The notes: generated by a model not told the origin, from the letters alone. A stretch of 64,000 bases of DNA from an uncultured Planctomycetia bacterium (GCA_964605665.1 CAZSDP010000001.1:203166-267165); one strand, 5' to 3'. Positions 32,127 to 43,500 are shown, counted from the stretch's first letter. A program made the numbers and translations.

Positions 32127-34271
32127 ATGCAAAGAAAGCGCATCACTATCCTTGTCCTACTCGTGATCTTGGGATTCTCCGCGGTTTCAGCCCGTCTCTA
32201 TTGGCTCCAAGCCCTCCAGTGGCGTGAATTTCATCTTCGAGCAGAAAATTTTCAGCGCCGCGTCCAAACAACTCCTGCTCCCCGGGGACGCATCCTCGAT
32301 CGATATGGGAAGGTGATCACTCAAGATGAACCGACTCATGAGATCGTCTACAACCTCAGCCAACTTGAACCTGTTCGCTGGCTATGCAGAAGAGTGCACC
32401 GGGTCATCGGAAAGTCTCCGAGCGGTCGTAATTTTCCATACGATGTCGACACTCTTTGGAACTCACTCGATGCGATACGAGCATCGGTACGCCCACAATT
32501 TGATCAGACGACACAGATCCCACTACAGATCTGGCTCTCTCGGCTACCCCTGGACTCTACACAGAGTCTCTCCAATGCCATTTCAGCGCGACCACGGGAC
32601 TTTCCAGGTCTCAAGGTGTTTCCCTCGAAGGGTGAAGTTTGGATCGATCCAAACGCCCTCTTCGCCGGAGAAATCGGAATCCGTTCTGTTGAACGCCGAC
32701 TCGAGCTCTCTCCTGGCTCCCTCTTCCAACAAGTTTGGCGAAGATACAAAAGCGTGAGCGATCCCGACCTGAGCTCCACGCGCAGGGAAGAGATTTACCG
32801 TTACTTAGAACACCACTTGGTTGGAAACATCACTGACCAACTCGCCGAGGACATTGTTACCAACCCGGAACTCTATCCTGGCCTGCGAGTCCGTGAAGTT
32901 CCGAGACGGTCATTTGTTGGACCTGCAGGTATCGCACGACTAATCGGTCGAGTCGGAGCACGAAGGCCTGACGATGAGCTACGGTGGAAGCAAGCCCAGG
33001 AACCGATCGTTGACCGGCTTCACTTTCGAACACTTAGCACTTTTCTTGCTCTACAAAAAGCCTCTCATCACTCTGAGGATCTCGTCGGACATGATGGAAT
33101 TGAACAACAGTTAGAAGACCACCTACGCGGTCGAAGCGGTGGCCAGCTGGTCATTCTCGATCACCGCCAAAATATGCGAGGTGAGCCGCTTGACGTCATC
33201 CCACCCACCCCTGGGCAGGATGTCGAGCTCACGCTCGATCTTGATCTCTGTCGGCAATTGCAATTGACGCTCGCCTCGAGAGATCCTCACGGTGCGTCTG
33301 CCCTGATCGCAAATGTTCAAACCGGCGAGATACTCGGCTGGTGTAGCTATCCAGCAGCGACTCCCGAAGTCTACCGCGACACTGGACAATATCGCCACTT
33401 GCAAGCACTCGGGCGGGGTCACTTCTTTGATCGCCCTGTCAGCTACCCACTCGAACCTGGATCGACTTTTAAGACCCTCGTTGCCCTCGCAGCCTTGGAA
33501 GAAGGCGTCGTCGATCCGACAGAGAAGATCACTTGCACCGGTGTCTACGATCCGGCAAACCCACAACACTTAAGATGCAATAATCACACTCCCTATCTCG
33601 ACTTGGATCTCCAAGAAGCACTTCTTCGATCTTGCAATGTTTACTTCTACAAAGTTGGTGGCGATCGCCTGGGGCTCGATAAACTCTCGTCATGGAGCGA
33701 CAAGTTTCAGTTTTGGAAACCAGTGAGTTGCGGGAGTGGTTTCGAACGCGTTGGAATCGGACCACGCTCTAGCCCGCACAGTGTTTCTATCGGACAAGCA
33801 TTCACGACAACCCCGATTCAAATGTTACGCCTCAGTGCGATGATCGCTCAAAGAGGACGAGCGCCGCAATTGACAGTGCTTCAAAGCGATGTCGGAAGAG
33901 TCGTAGAGGAGATTCCCCTTAGATCGAACACATGGAGTCAGGTGATTCGTGGAATGGAAAGAACTGTCCATGATCCCAACGGCACGGCGGCAAAGCCCCA
34001 CTATGGATTACAAGAATTCGATTGTGCAGTGAAAACCGGCTCTGCAGAGGTGCCGAAACAACAGATTCCTCCACAAGAGCGATTCCGTGAATGGAATCAC
34101 GCATGGCTGATCGGTTTCACCCCAGTGCAGAATCCCCTCTATGCATTTGTCATCGCCCTGGAACGTGTTGAGGGTCATGGGGGCGAAGAATGCGCCCCCA
34201 TCGTCACAGAAATCCTCAATTGGCTCTCTGAAAACAGGGCATTCGAAGGTAGGCGGGAAAGGCGACAGTGA
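32127..34271 (+). CDS. mrdA: Penicillin-binding protein 2 (elongasome transpeptidase)
   Basis: N-terminal TM and PBP dimerisation domain. 'STFK' active-site serine motif, with the SXN and KTG(S/T) regions downstream. Confidence 0.85.
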   Translation: MQRKRITILVLLVILGFSAVSARLYWLQALQWREFHLRAENFQRRVQTTPAPRGRILDRYGKVITQDEPTHEIVYNLSQLEPVRWLCRRVHRVIGKSPSGRNFPYDVDTLWNSLDAIRASVRPQFDQTTQIPLQIWLSRLPLDSTQSLSNAISARPRDFPGLKVFPSKGEVWIDPNALFAGEIGIRSVERRLELSPGSLFQQVWRRYKSVSDPDLSSTRREEIYRYLEHHLVGNITDQLAEDIVTNPELYPGLRVREVPRRSFVGPAGIARLIGRVGARRPDDELRWKQAQEPIVDRLHFRTLSTFLALQKASHHSEDLVGHDGIEQQLEDHLRGRSGGQLVILDHRQNMRGEPLDVIPPTPGQDVELTLDLDLCRQLQLTLASRDPHGASALIANVQTGEILGWCSYPAATPEVYRDTGQYRHLQALGRGHFFDRPVSYPLEPGSTFKTLVALAALEEGVVDPTEKITCTGVYDPANPQHLRCNNHTPYLDLDLQEALLRSCNVYFYKVGGDRLGLDKLSSWSDKFQFWKPVSCGSGFERVGIGPRSSPHSVSIGQAFTTTPIQMLRLSAMIAQRGRAPQLTVLQSDVGRVVEEIPLRSNTWSQVIRGMERTVHDPNGTAAKPHYGLQEFDCAVKTGSAEVPKQQIPPQERFREWNHAWLIGFTPVQNPLYAFVIALERVEGHGGEECAPIVTEILNWLSENRAFEGRRERRQ

Positions 34272-35428
34272 TTTTATCCTCGAGCCAAAATAGTCCCTTT
34301 CTCCTCTTTGCGATGGGCCTCTTGATCTTACTCCTCCTAATCGGTGGAGTGATCTTCGTGCACTCCGCCTCCTCTGGACCTGAAGACTCATTTCCCAGTC
34401 CTTTGGCAAAGGCACATCTCCTACGAATATTTGTTGGCTGTGCCGTGTTCGCGGTATTCGCGTTTAGCGATTATCGAACTTGGGAACGGTGGGCACCACT
34501 CTTGTATTGGATGGGAATTGGCCTACTACTCTTCCTGCTCTTCATCAAAGTTACTGAGGGGGGGGTTGTCCGCTGGTTCAAGATTGGCGGTGTGAGCGTA
34601 CAACCGTCGGAATGGGCGAAACTATTTACGATTTTCTGGCTCGCAAAGATTTTTCACAGCAGTCAAATCCAACGCAGCGGCACCCCTATTCTTCACCCTC
34701 TTCTCGTAGTCCTCCTTCCCTTCCTCTTGATCGCGATCCAACCCGATTTAGGAACGGCTCTCGTGTTCGTACCGATCGCCCTTGCAATCCTCTGGGTCGG
34801 GGGTGCCTCTTTAAAACTGATGGGAGTCATGGGATTGGCCGGCCTCGTATCTGCTGCCGTTGGATATCTCTTTCTCTTACGTGACTACCAAAGAGACCGG
34901 TTGCTGGTTTATATCGGCCGTGCTGGTGAAGATGTAGCAACCGCCCAGAGTTATCACGTCACCCATTCGATGATTTCCATCGGCTCAGGCGGACCATCTG
35001 GAAAAGGTCTCTTTCTGGGGACACATAGTGATCTCGGTTATCTTCCGGAGGATCACAACGATTTTATCTTCGGAGTCATCGGCGAAGAATGGGGACTGAT
35101 AGGGACGCTGGCAACTGTTGCTATATTCATGAGTCTCTACCTCATCTGCCTGAGAGTTGCGTGGAACACCCGAGAACCCTTCGGACGTCTGGCAGTTGTC
35201 GGGATCACCGCCCAATTGGCGTTCCAAACGATGGTCAATTTGGGAATGACTGTCGGACTCGTTCCTGTAACCGGTTTGCCCTTACCACTGGTCAGCTATG
35301 GCGGAACCTCGATGTATATCGTGATGGCGGGTCTCGGATTCATTTTTTCCGTCGCACGACAGCCGGTCGCTAGCCTACACCCTGACGGTCTCCTCGCAGG
35401 AACCTCGTCACCTCAACATCGGCCGTAG
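34268..35428 (+). CDS. rodA: Peptidoglycan glycosyltransferase RodA (SEDS family)
   Basis: 10-TM SEDS protein ending 'GLVPVTGLPLPLVSYGGTSM'. Overlaps the mrdA stop. Confidence 0.85.
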   Translation: MILSSSQNSPFLLFAMGLLILLLLIGGVIFVHSASSGPEDSFPSPLAKAHLLRIFVGCAVFAVFAFSDYRTWERWAPLLYWMGIGLLLFLLFIKVTEGGVVRWFKIGGVSVQPSEWAKLFTIFWLAKIFHSSQIQRSGTPILHPLLVVLLPFLLIAIQPDLGTALVFVPIALAILWVGGASLKLMGVMGLAGLVSAAVGYLFLLRDYQRDRLLVYIGRAGEDVATAQSYHVTHSMISIGSGGPSGKGLFLGTHSDLGYLPEDHNDFIFGVIGEEWGLIGTLATVAIFMSLYLICLRVAWNTREPFGRLAVVGITAQLAFQTMVNLGMTVGLVPVTGLPLPLVSYGGTSMYIVMAGLGFIFSVARQPVASLHPDGLLAGTSSPQHRP

Positions 35429-35429
35429 A

Positions 35430-36245
35430 TCATGGCCGGCTGTTCAATGCGGTCCAAAGACCGAGGCCGACCGAAACCGCGATCAGGTAGTACCCCCACA
35501 AGTAGATCCGTCCAGAATTCAACATCCTCAATAGAATCTGCAAAGCTATCAAGCCGACGACAAAGGCGGTCACAAAGCCCAGGCCCAGCGACAATGACAT
35601 CAGGTCTCCTGCCGCGCCAGACCCGACCACCTTCTTCAACTTCAACATCGTCGCTCCGACGATCAGAGGAGCTGCGATCATAAATGAATATCTGGCCGAG
35701 TCGGTACGGGATACTCCAATGAACAGTGCGGCGAGAATTGTAATACCGCTTCGTGACACCCCTGGAAGTAATGCCAACGCTTGCCAGCAGCCGATCCATA
35801 AAGCCGCGCCAACTCCGATTCTCTTTGGTTGCTGATTGACGGCCGTTTCACTGAAGCGATGCTGAATCAAAAAAGCTAATCCGCAAAAGAGCCAACAGAT
35901 CGACAGTAAGTAGGGATAGTGAGCTGAAAAACTCTCGATCGAATCTTCAAAAAGCAAACCAACGATTCCCGCTGGAACAGCTCCCAAACCAACGAGTAGC
36001 AGATCACGCCGATCTTCACCAGCTTGCCAAAATCCTCTCAGTAATCGCACAAAGTCACGTCGAAAAACGACGACGACTGAAAGCAGCGTTGCAAAATGCA
36101 AGAGAACATCAATCGTCAGGTCTCCCTGGAGAGAAGAGCCGGATATACGTTTCCAGGCTTCGAGATGGCCACTGGAGGAGATCGGTAAGAATTCGGTAAG
36201 GCCTTGGACGATCGCCAGAATCAAAAGTTCTAGGTAATTCTCCAA
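35430..36245 (-). CDS. uppP: Undecaprenyl-diphosphate phosphatase
   Basis: 'QGLTEFLPISSSGHL' BacA signature. 8 TM segments. Confidence 0.85.
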   Translation of the reverse strand: MENYLELLILAIVQGLTEFLPISSSGHLEAWKRISGSSLQGDLTIDVLLHFATLLSVVVVFRRDFVRLLRGFWQAGEDRRDLLLVGLGAVPAGIVGLLFEDSIESFSAHYPYLLSICWLFCGLAFLIQHRFSETAVNQQPKRIGVGAALWIGCWQALALLPGVSRSGITILAALFIGVSRTDSARYSFMIAAPLIVGATMLKLKKVVGSGAAGDLMSLSLGLGFVTAFVVGLIALQILLRMLNSGRIYLWGYYLIAVSVGLGLWTALNSRP

Positions 36246-36255
36246 CGTTGATTCC

Positions 36256-37251
36256 TCAGAACTTCACTGAGTGAAAGCGGCGCCAATTGTCCAAAATTTC
36301 AACGAGAGTATTGTCGAGAGATCGTACGGGAGACCAATTGGTCAGAGCCTGCAATCTTTCTGAAGTCCCCGTTACTGGATTTGAGTCTGGACCTCGACCT
36401 TCAAATCTCGCACGGTCCCGCGTGATCTCGATTTCAACACTGGTTTGTGCGCACAAGGACTCCAACAGATCACCGATTCGGTGCGTTTGCCCAGAGCAGA
36501 CGTTGAAGACTCCCCGTGCAGATGGGGTTTTGAGCAACTCTAAGTATGCTGATACAACATCCCTCACATCGAGGAAATCTCTCCGCGCGTCGAGATTACC
36601 GGTCAACACCCGCATTGGTCCGGCTGATTCACTGCGTTCCAACTCGGCGATCTGCTGGGCAAAACTCGAAAGTGCAAATGCATCAGACTGTCCTGGCCCA
36701 ACATGGTTGAAAGGTCGCGCGATAATCGTGCGAATCGAGTCCTGCTCACTCTTCTCAACCATTGCGAGCCACGCTTCCGCGGCCAGCTTTGACCACCCGT
36801 AACTGTGCTCTGGTTGGCACATACGCGTCTCATCTGCAGGCTGTTCGTTGTCCTTAGCCGCTCCATAAACAGCGCCTGTCGAGACATGAAGAAGCGTCGC
36901 CTCTGGACAGCATTTTTGCATAGCACGGTAGATCGAACGAACACCCTCAACATTGGTCCGCCAGGTCATCTCGGGATCAGCAGCGGCAGTCGCGATCGAT
37001 GTCACAGCAGCGAGGTGAACAACTGCGTCTGGCCGAAGTTCATTGAGTAAGTCCAAAACCGCAGTGTCATTTGGCAGGCAGAGCTCACGCCGGAAGTTCG
37101 GGTCACTGAGCAGCTCCCGATCATCATCCGCTACTAGGTCCGGCCCGGAGTTGGTTTTAACCGTCCCATAGCACTCGAGGCCATCGTTGATCAGCGCCCG
37201 TAAAAGGTGCTTCCCGACGAATCCATTCGCTCCGGTCACAAGTATCTTCAA
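36256..37251 (-). CDS. GDP-4-keto-6-deoxy-D-mannose reductase / GDP-L-fucose-synthase-like NAD-dependent epimerase/dehydratase
   Basis: '[15 protein letters not shown]' Rossmann start (Rmd-like) and YxxxK present. Lies immediately downstream of gmd with an overlap. Confidence 0.65.
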   Translation of the reverse strand: MKILVTGANGFVGKHLLRALINDGLECYGTVKTNSGPDLVADDDRELLSDPNFRRELCLPNDTAVLDLLNELRPDAVVHLAAVTSIATAAADPEMTWRTNVEGVRSIYRAMQKCCPEATLLHVSTGAVYGAAKDNEQPADETRMCQPEHSYGWSKLAAEAWLAMVEKSEQDSIRTIIARPFNHVGPGQSDAFALSSFAQQIAELERSESAGPMRVLTGNLDARRDFLDVRDVVSAYLELLKTPSARGVFNVCSGQTHRIGDLLESLCAQTSVEIEITRDRARFEGRGPDSNPVTGTSERLQALTNWSPVRSLDNTLVEILDNWRRFHSVKF

Positions 37252-38264
37252 GGGGAAAGAGCCTCCGCACTCTCATGATCAAACTTTGCGAAACGAGCGG
37301 CTCGTCGATGCCGCTCCACATCACCATCCACCATCATCGCGATCAATTCTGGAAAAGTCGTCAGAGGTTCCCAATCCAACTTCTGCCTGGCATGGCTGGC
37401 GTCTCCAACGAGCAGATCGACTTCTGCCGGGCGCACCAGAGTGGGGTCAACCTTGACGTACTTCCGCCAATCTAGACCGACATGTGCAAATGCGCACTCC
37501 ACCATTTCACCGACCGTGTGGGTCTCGCCGGTGGCAATCACAAAGTCTTCCGGCTCATCGAGCTGCAACATCTTCCACATTGCTTGCACATAATCCCCGG
37601 CAAACCCCCAGTCTCTTCGCGCATCGAGGTTGCCAAGCTTCACTTCATCAGCAAACCCTAAAGAGATTCGGGCCACTGCGTCAGAGACTTTTCGCGTCAC
37701 AAACTCATGACCCCTTCGGGGCGACTCGTGATTGAAGAGAATGCCACTCGTGGCAAACAGTTTGTAACTCTCGCGATAGTTCACGGTGATCCAATGACCA
37801 TATGCTTTTGCGACCCCATAAGGGCTTCTCGGATGGAAGGGTGTTGTTTCTCGCTGCGGTGTCTCTCTGACTTTTCCAAACATCTCACTAGAGCTCGCTT
37901 GATAGTATCGAATCGTAGGATCGACATGCCGTACCGCTTCCAAAAGGCGAGTCACCCCCATCGCGGTAAACTCTGCGGTCAACACTGGTTCTCGAAAGCT
38001 GGTTGGAACAAAGGACTGCGCAGCAAGATTGTAGATCTCGTTCGGGCGAACCTCTTCAAGGAGTCTGACCAAAGAGAACTGATCGAGTAGATCCCCATAG
38101 ACAATGTTGAGTTGGTCTTTGATATGCTCAATGCGCTCGCCCGCTTCAGTAGAGCGACGACGCATCATTCCAAATACTTCATAACCTTTGCCAAGCAGCC
38201 ATTCCGCCAAATATGAGCCGTCTTGCCCAGTGATCCCAGTAATCAAGGCGCGCTGTGCAGTCAT
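37248..38264 (-). CDS. gmd: GDP-mannose 4,6-dehydratase
   Basis: '[25 protein letters not shown]', '[10 protein letters not shown]', '[12 protein letters not shown]'. Confidence 0.9.
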   Translation of the reverse strand: MTAQRALITGITGQDGSYLAEWLLGKGYEVFGMMRRRSTEAGERIEHIKDQLNIVYGDLLDQFSLVRLLEEVRPNEIYNLAAQSFVPTSFREPVLTAEFTAMGVTRLLEAVRHVDPTIRYYQASSSEMFGKVRETPQRETTPFHPRSPYGVAKAYGHWITVNYRESYKLFATSGILFNHESPRRGHEFVTRKVSDAVARISLGFADEVKLGNLDARRDWGFAGDYVQAMWKMLQLDEPEDFVIATGETHTVGEMVECAFAHVGLDWRKYVKVDPTLVRPAEVDLLVGDASHARQKLDWEPLTTFPELIAMMVDGDVERHRRAARFAKFDHESAEALSP

Positions 38265-38788
38265 GAAGTGTCCTTCCCCGAAACTCCTCCGGTTTCAGGC
38301 GGTGAGCCTGAACCCTTGATTCGAGAAACCGTGTCACGACTCGAATGGTCTTTCGGGTCTCCAACGATAGCGATTTCTCCCCCGTACGCGCGGACTGTCG
38401 GTCCTTCCGGGACCGTATCCGGGGTGTAATCTGTCCCTTTGGCGTAAACCTCAGGACGAATCCGCACGAGGATGCTATCGACCGTTTTCTCGGAGAAGAT
38501 CAGCACTGCATCGACAGATCTGAGCCCGGCGAGCAACTCGGAGCGCTCATTTGCTGGGAAAATCGGGCGATGATCCCCTTTTGAGAGCCGTACGCTGGCA
38601 TCGTCATTGACACAGACAATAAGGAAATCCCCACGACTTTTTGCGTCGTCCAGGGAGCGCAAGTGCCCGACATGCAGCAAATCGAAACACCCGTTTGTCA
38701 GGACAATCCGATCCCCTCGTCGTCGGCGTTCTTCGACGAGAGTAGCGAGCGCTTCAAGGTCGGAGAATTGTGCGCCTGATCTGTCCAC
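38261..38788 (-). CDS. Stand-alone D-glycero-β-D-manno-heptose-1-phosphate adenylyltransferase-like cytidylyltransferase (RfaE/HldE domain II)
   Basis: '[18 protein letters not shown]' nucleotidyltransferase motif. 175 aa with no kinase domain. Confidence 0.75.
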   Translation of the reverse strand: MDRSGAQFSDLEALATLVEERRRRGDRIVLTNGCFDLLHVGHLRSLDDAKSRGDFLIVCVNDDASVRLSKGDHRPIFPANERSELLAGLRSVDAVLIFSEKTVDSILVRIRPEVYAKGTDYTPDTVPEGPTVRAYGGEIAIVGDPKDHSSRDTVSRIKGSGSPPETGGVSGKDTS

Positions 38789-38879
38789 AGCCCCTCCTCA
38801 GGAAATGACTGCGACCAGGCTAACCGTTCGTAGATTCAGTTTCGAATAGTTCGGTTGCCGGAGTTGTAGAGTCGAGTAC

Positions 38880-40301
38880 TCAACTCATCTCTGAACTCTG
38901 ATAGAGAGCCGTTGGAATGGCACAGATGCGCTTGGATTCGCCAAATATACCAACTGCAACCCCGTGAAGGACTTTCTTGTCTGTATCGTAACGACGACCA
39001 CGAATAGAGATTCTCGTCGATGATTCAGCGCTTCCATGAATCAGAACAACCGCCCTGGGGTTGGAGGTCCGACTTCCTGTCAACAACTCTAGGCGACTCC
39101 GAAGCCGAGAAATTCGCTGATCGACCCGCTGTTGCTCGGCATAAACTTCGTCTTCATCTTCATAAAAAGCGAGGCGCTTCTCTTCCGATAAGTGCCAGAC
39201 TTTCGAACGATCTTCACCCTCGGTTCCGTGCTTCGCCTTGAAGTCCTCGAAGAGTTTTCCGTGATAGAGGACCCAACGACGAATCTCGCTCTCAATTTCA
39301 TGCATTTGCTCGTTGATCCAACTCGCATGCCCAACCTCGATCGAAACTGGATGAAAGCCCGATGCGACCGCATCTGCGATTTCAGCACCGCTAATCGCCT
39401 CTACCGTTCCTCCCCGAATCACACAACCTTCAGTGGCAGCTTGCACGGTTCCGCGGGAACGACAGCGACAATCGGTCAGACCTTTGATCACGACCACGTC
39501 ATCCCCAGCGGTGATCGAAGTCCCGATTGCAGTTTGGACTTTGACCCTGCCTTCCGCCTCGATGGTCGTGCTCCCTCCCCCAACGATCTCCCCTTCGACT
39601 CGGATGTCACCCTCAGCTCGCAGTTGCACACCAACTCCGATATCGCCTTCGATGATCAGATGCCCACCAACCTCGATCGTTGTCTCCGCAGCAACTGAAC
39701 CAGAGATCTTCGCATCCCCGGGCCAGCGATAAGTCCCCGGCCCGATGCCATGGGAATGCAGGAGCGTTTTGACAATCTTGAGTTCGCTCTCATCTGCATG
39801 GAGAAATCCCGTCGCACGCGCCGTCCATACTCCATCGTCAACGCTGATGCCGCTTCCGGCCTTCAATACGGGAGATTCTTGAGTTGGAGGGGGAGGGACC
39901 GGGTGTCCAAGCACATCGACTCCCACTTGAGCCGCAGCTCCATCGGTCACCTGAAAGAGAGGATCCCCCTGCTTGACGTAGAGTGGGAGAAGCTCAACGT
40001 CGTCGTTCCCGGTTCTCGCTGGAGGGGCGAGCCTGTCTAGTCCCCCACCATGACCAGCGACCGAGGGGGTCCCTCGAGCGACAATCCAAGGGCCCGTATC
40101 CCCCGATTTCCAATCTGAAATGAGCGATTTAAGCGCTTCCTTAAGGACCCCGTGCTGAATTCCACAACCCTTGAGATACCGGTGAAGCGTATGAGCGTTT
40201 AATCCGCGGGGAGGGCGAGGTTCTAGTGGAGAAACCGCCGCTTCTAGACCATCTGCGGCGATTTGGAGGTCGAGAGCAGACCGAATTTCATCGTCCAACA
40301 A
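38880..40301 (-). CDS. DUF342 / FapA-like protein (β-helical repeat plus C-terminal coiled coil)
   Basis: Repetitive 'GxIxxxGDIxVxG' β-helix-like segment ('HLIIEGDIGVGVQLRAEGDIRVEGEIVGGG…'), then coiled-coil 'EIRRWVLYHGKLFEDFKAKH…'. The architecture is reminiscent of FapA. Confidence 0.4.
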   Translation of the reverse strand: MLDDEIRSALDLQIAADGLEAAVSPLEPRPPRGLNAHTLHRYLKGCGIQHGVLKEALKSLISDWKSGDTGPWIVARGTPSVAGHGGGLDRLAPPARTGNDDVELLPLYVKQGDPLFQVTDGAAAQVGVDVLGHPVPPPPTQESPVLKAGSGISVDDGVWTARATGFLHADESELKIVKTLLHSHGIGPGTYRWPGDAKISGSVAAETTIEVGGHLIIEGDIGVGVQLRAEGDIRVEGEIVGGGSTTIEAEGRVKVQTAIGTSITAGDDVVVIKGLTDCRCRSRGTVQAATEGCVIRGGTVEAISGAEIADAVASGFHPVSIEVGHASWINEQMHEIESEIRRWVLYHGKLFEDFKAKHGTEGEDRSKVWHLSEEKRLAFYEDEDEVYAEQQRVDQRISRLRSRLELLTGSRTSNPRAVVLIHGSAESSTRISIRGRRYDTDKKVLHGVAVGIFGESKRICAIPTALYQSSEMS

Positions 40302-40494
40302 GGCCCAACCTTCCTAACTTATTACGCAACAGCAACTTACGGACCCGCAGACCCGAAACAACGCCTCCTGGAAGCGAAATCCACCCTCAACAGCGTACAA
40401 CGCCCTTCTAGAACTCGGCAAACTTGGCCCAGCGTCCTACACCATCTCCTCTCTACAACAATCAAGATCAACGAATGGATGACCTGGAGGGCTG

Positions 40495-40516
40495 GGTGTG
40501 AAAAAATGTTCACACC
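40495..40516. promoter_or_regulatory. Perfect 8-bp-arm palindrome GGTGTGAA-N6-TTCACACC (candidate operator) in the divergent region between the DUF342 gene and the kinase/EBP gene
   Basis: Read directly. It lies ~85 nt upstream of the ATG at 40599. Confidence 0.45.
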
Positions 40517-40598
40517 TCAAGGATGGGACTCAATTGGACCTTCATTCGGAGTCGATCAGATTTTCCGGCGGGCCACCTGCCCCGCGAAATAGAGCAAG

Positions 40599-43500
40599 AT
40601 GAAACAGATCCAACACGATTACCGATTTCTCAAACCCCTGGGATCGGGGGCGGAGGGAGAGGTTTGGTTAGCAGAAGATCTCCGAAGGGACCAACTTCTC
40701 GTCTCCTGGAAACGACTTTTCGACTCTTCAACAGATCGGAAAATCCCGTCCGAGTTTCGAACGTTGCAAGGGATCCAACACCCAGCACTCGCGACGGTTC
40801 TAGAGAGTGGATTACTTCCCGATGGAGCTGGTCGCTGGTTCACAAGCCCATTTTTTCCTGGTCAATCGATCGACAAATTGCCTCGTCCGATAGACCCCGC
40901 TCTCCTCGAGGGGATTATCCGACGGGCTGTCGAAGGGATTGCCGCGCTTCACCGCTCTGGTTACCGCCACGGAGACCTTAAACCGGCTCACTTGCTTTGG
41001 AATGGCCCCCGACCTCTCGATGTACAGTTGATCGACCTGGGGCATGCTGCGCTCCTCGATGATCCCTCTCCGATCAATGCGGGAACGCCCCCGTACGCAG
41101 CTCCCGAATTGTGGAGCTCTTCACCAAAGCCACGCAGAAACACAGATCTCTACGCCCTCGCGATGATTGCCCTCGAAGTACTCAGAGGAGCACCCGTTCA
41201 ACAAAGTGTTGCACTGAGTGAGTGGCGAGATTGGCACCAACATGGCAACCGCGAGAGTGCACTCTCAGGAATAACAGTGCAGATTCGTGGCGCATTTCAC
41301 GAAGTGATCCGTTCCTGTTTGCAGCCCGACCCAGACGACCGTCCGCTTGACGCGGAAGCGATCTTACAGCAACTGCAACCATTCGAACCGACGAAGGAAG
41401 ACTCAGCGGAACAACGGAGTCGTTTCGATGAACTTCCGTTGATCGGTCGGGATCATTGGTTGACCACAAAGTATCAGGAGCTCAACTCTCCCGACGGTCC
41501 AGCCGGATTCCTACTGCTTGGAGAGGCGCGATCAGGACGCACGCGCCTGGTTCGCGCACTTGCCGCTCGCGTCAAATCTCGCGGCGGAATTGCCGTCGAA
41601 GGGGCATCTTCCGATCCGATCCACCAACGCGCACTTTCCACTCTCTCTCAACAGGCCCCCTGTCGTCTCCTCTGGTTCGACAACGTCATGGAACATCACT
41701 TTGAATCGGTCATCCAGGGGTGGAAACGGGTACGTTCTCTCGCTGGCTCCTCCGAGACTCGGCTCATCGCCATCGTCGACCCCTCGGCAAGTTCCGCTGC
41801 TTTGGCTCATCTAAAGAGAAGACTTGCCGGCATCTCTGGTCCAGTAAAAAGTGAGTTCCTGGCGGGGCTCGACCGCACGAGCTTTCACGAGTTGTTTCAA
41901 TATACTCACCAAAGCAAGGGGCGATCCGCTCTCGCCCCAACTGAAATCGATGCTCTATGGAGAAGTAGCGGCGGATCTCCCGCCAGTCTTGCACCCGACC
42001 CACCTCGCCCACCCTCCTCAAGACACGCACAAAGCGTGCTCGGACCTCGCTTGGGAAGCTGGTTGGCGCACATTCCAACTTCGCTGCCTTGGCATGTGCT
42101 CAAAGAAGCCTCTGGCAATTTAGATGAAGAGCTCGAGGATCTGTTTCTTTCTTGCGGATCAGGTGGACCAACCCGAGTTGAGAGTCGAGGTGAAACTCGA
42201 GTTCTTCCTTGGCCAGCGATCTTCCCCGTTGATTCGTCGATTCGACACCTCGCTGAAACTTGGAGGGATCGTGACGCTCCCACCGGACGATGGGCAGCGC
42301 TCTACCTCGAGGCGATTTCCGGAATCGTGATCTCTTCCGAAGCTTGGAGAATTGAGGTCGAGTCAGCGCGGCTCCGCGAGGATCCAGTGTCCCTACTCTC
42401 TCTGGCTCAAATCGCCCCTCAACCCGAACTGAAACATTGGCTCGAGATCGAAGGACGAGCACTGAGCGGAGAAGCGCAGAGGGTGGTCGATGAGTTGCCC
42501 GATCACCCGAGTGAACTCAACTCAGAACAGAGCATGATTTGCTCCACGATTCTGCAAACGACGGCCGGTCCAGCGCGAGCACTTCCATACGCGCTGCATT
42601 CACTGGAACATGCAGACAAGAGCTCTGTCATGGCGAGAAAGATACACGCAGCCTGCATCGCCCATGAATCTGGGGACGGAAAACTCGTAGACTCCTTAGT
42701 TCGTGATCTCGACAATCGATCAGAATTGAGCCCCCATTCCCTTTTCGAACTCGGGTCACTGCACTTACGACGTGGCCGATTCGCCGAGGCTGAGCCTTGC
42801 TTAAGTCAAGCGTTGAAACGATCGCGAGGCGGCGTTTCACCTCCGATCGTTTTGAAGTGCATGTCAGCACTCGCAGGGCACGCTCGTCTCACTGGTGACC
42901 TGCAGACCGCCCTTCAACGGATTCAAGTCGCGCATCGATACGCATCCTTCTTGAAAGTCGAGGAGGAGAATCCGGGATTGGTGGGAAACCTCGGAGCCAT
43001 TCTTCACTCGCTCCGTCGGTCTGACGAAGCCCTCCTTGCCTATCTGCGTGCCAATCAACTGGTGAAACGACGACCCGACCCAAATCTTGAAGTCCATCTG
43101 CAACTTGGGCTCGGTACAGTTCTGCGAGATCGTGGATCTCTGTTTGAAGCTTATCGCGCTCTGCGACGCTCCGTTCGCCTGGCCCGCACCACCAAAATGG
43201 GGCCGATTCTTGCCGCTGCGCTCGGCAACACCGGCGACCTAGAGCTCCTCATGGGAAACCCTCGAGCTTCGGCAATCCACCGATCTGAACTCCTTGAGTT
43301 GGCGGAAAAGGTCGGTGATCCAGCGCTTCTCCGACAAGCGCGCATCGCACTCGCGGCGGCCTCTTTGCACCTCGGCCAATGGAATCGATCGAATACCCTT
43401 TTGGAAGCTGCTGAAGAAGCCAAAGGAGTCGGAGGCTTACGACTTGATTCTTGGAATCTCGTCGTTCGCGCAGAATGGCTAGACCTTCATGGCGACAGAC

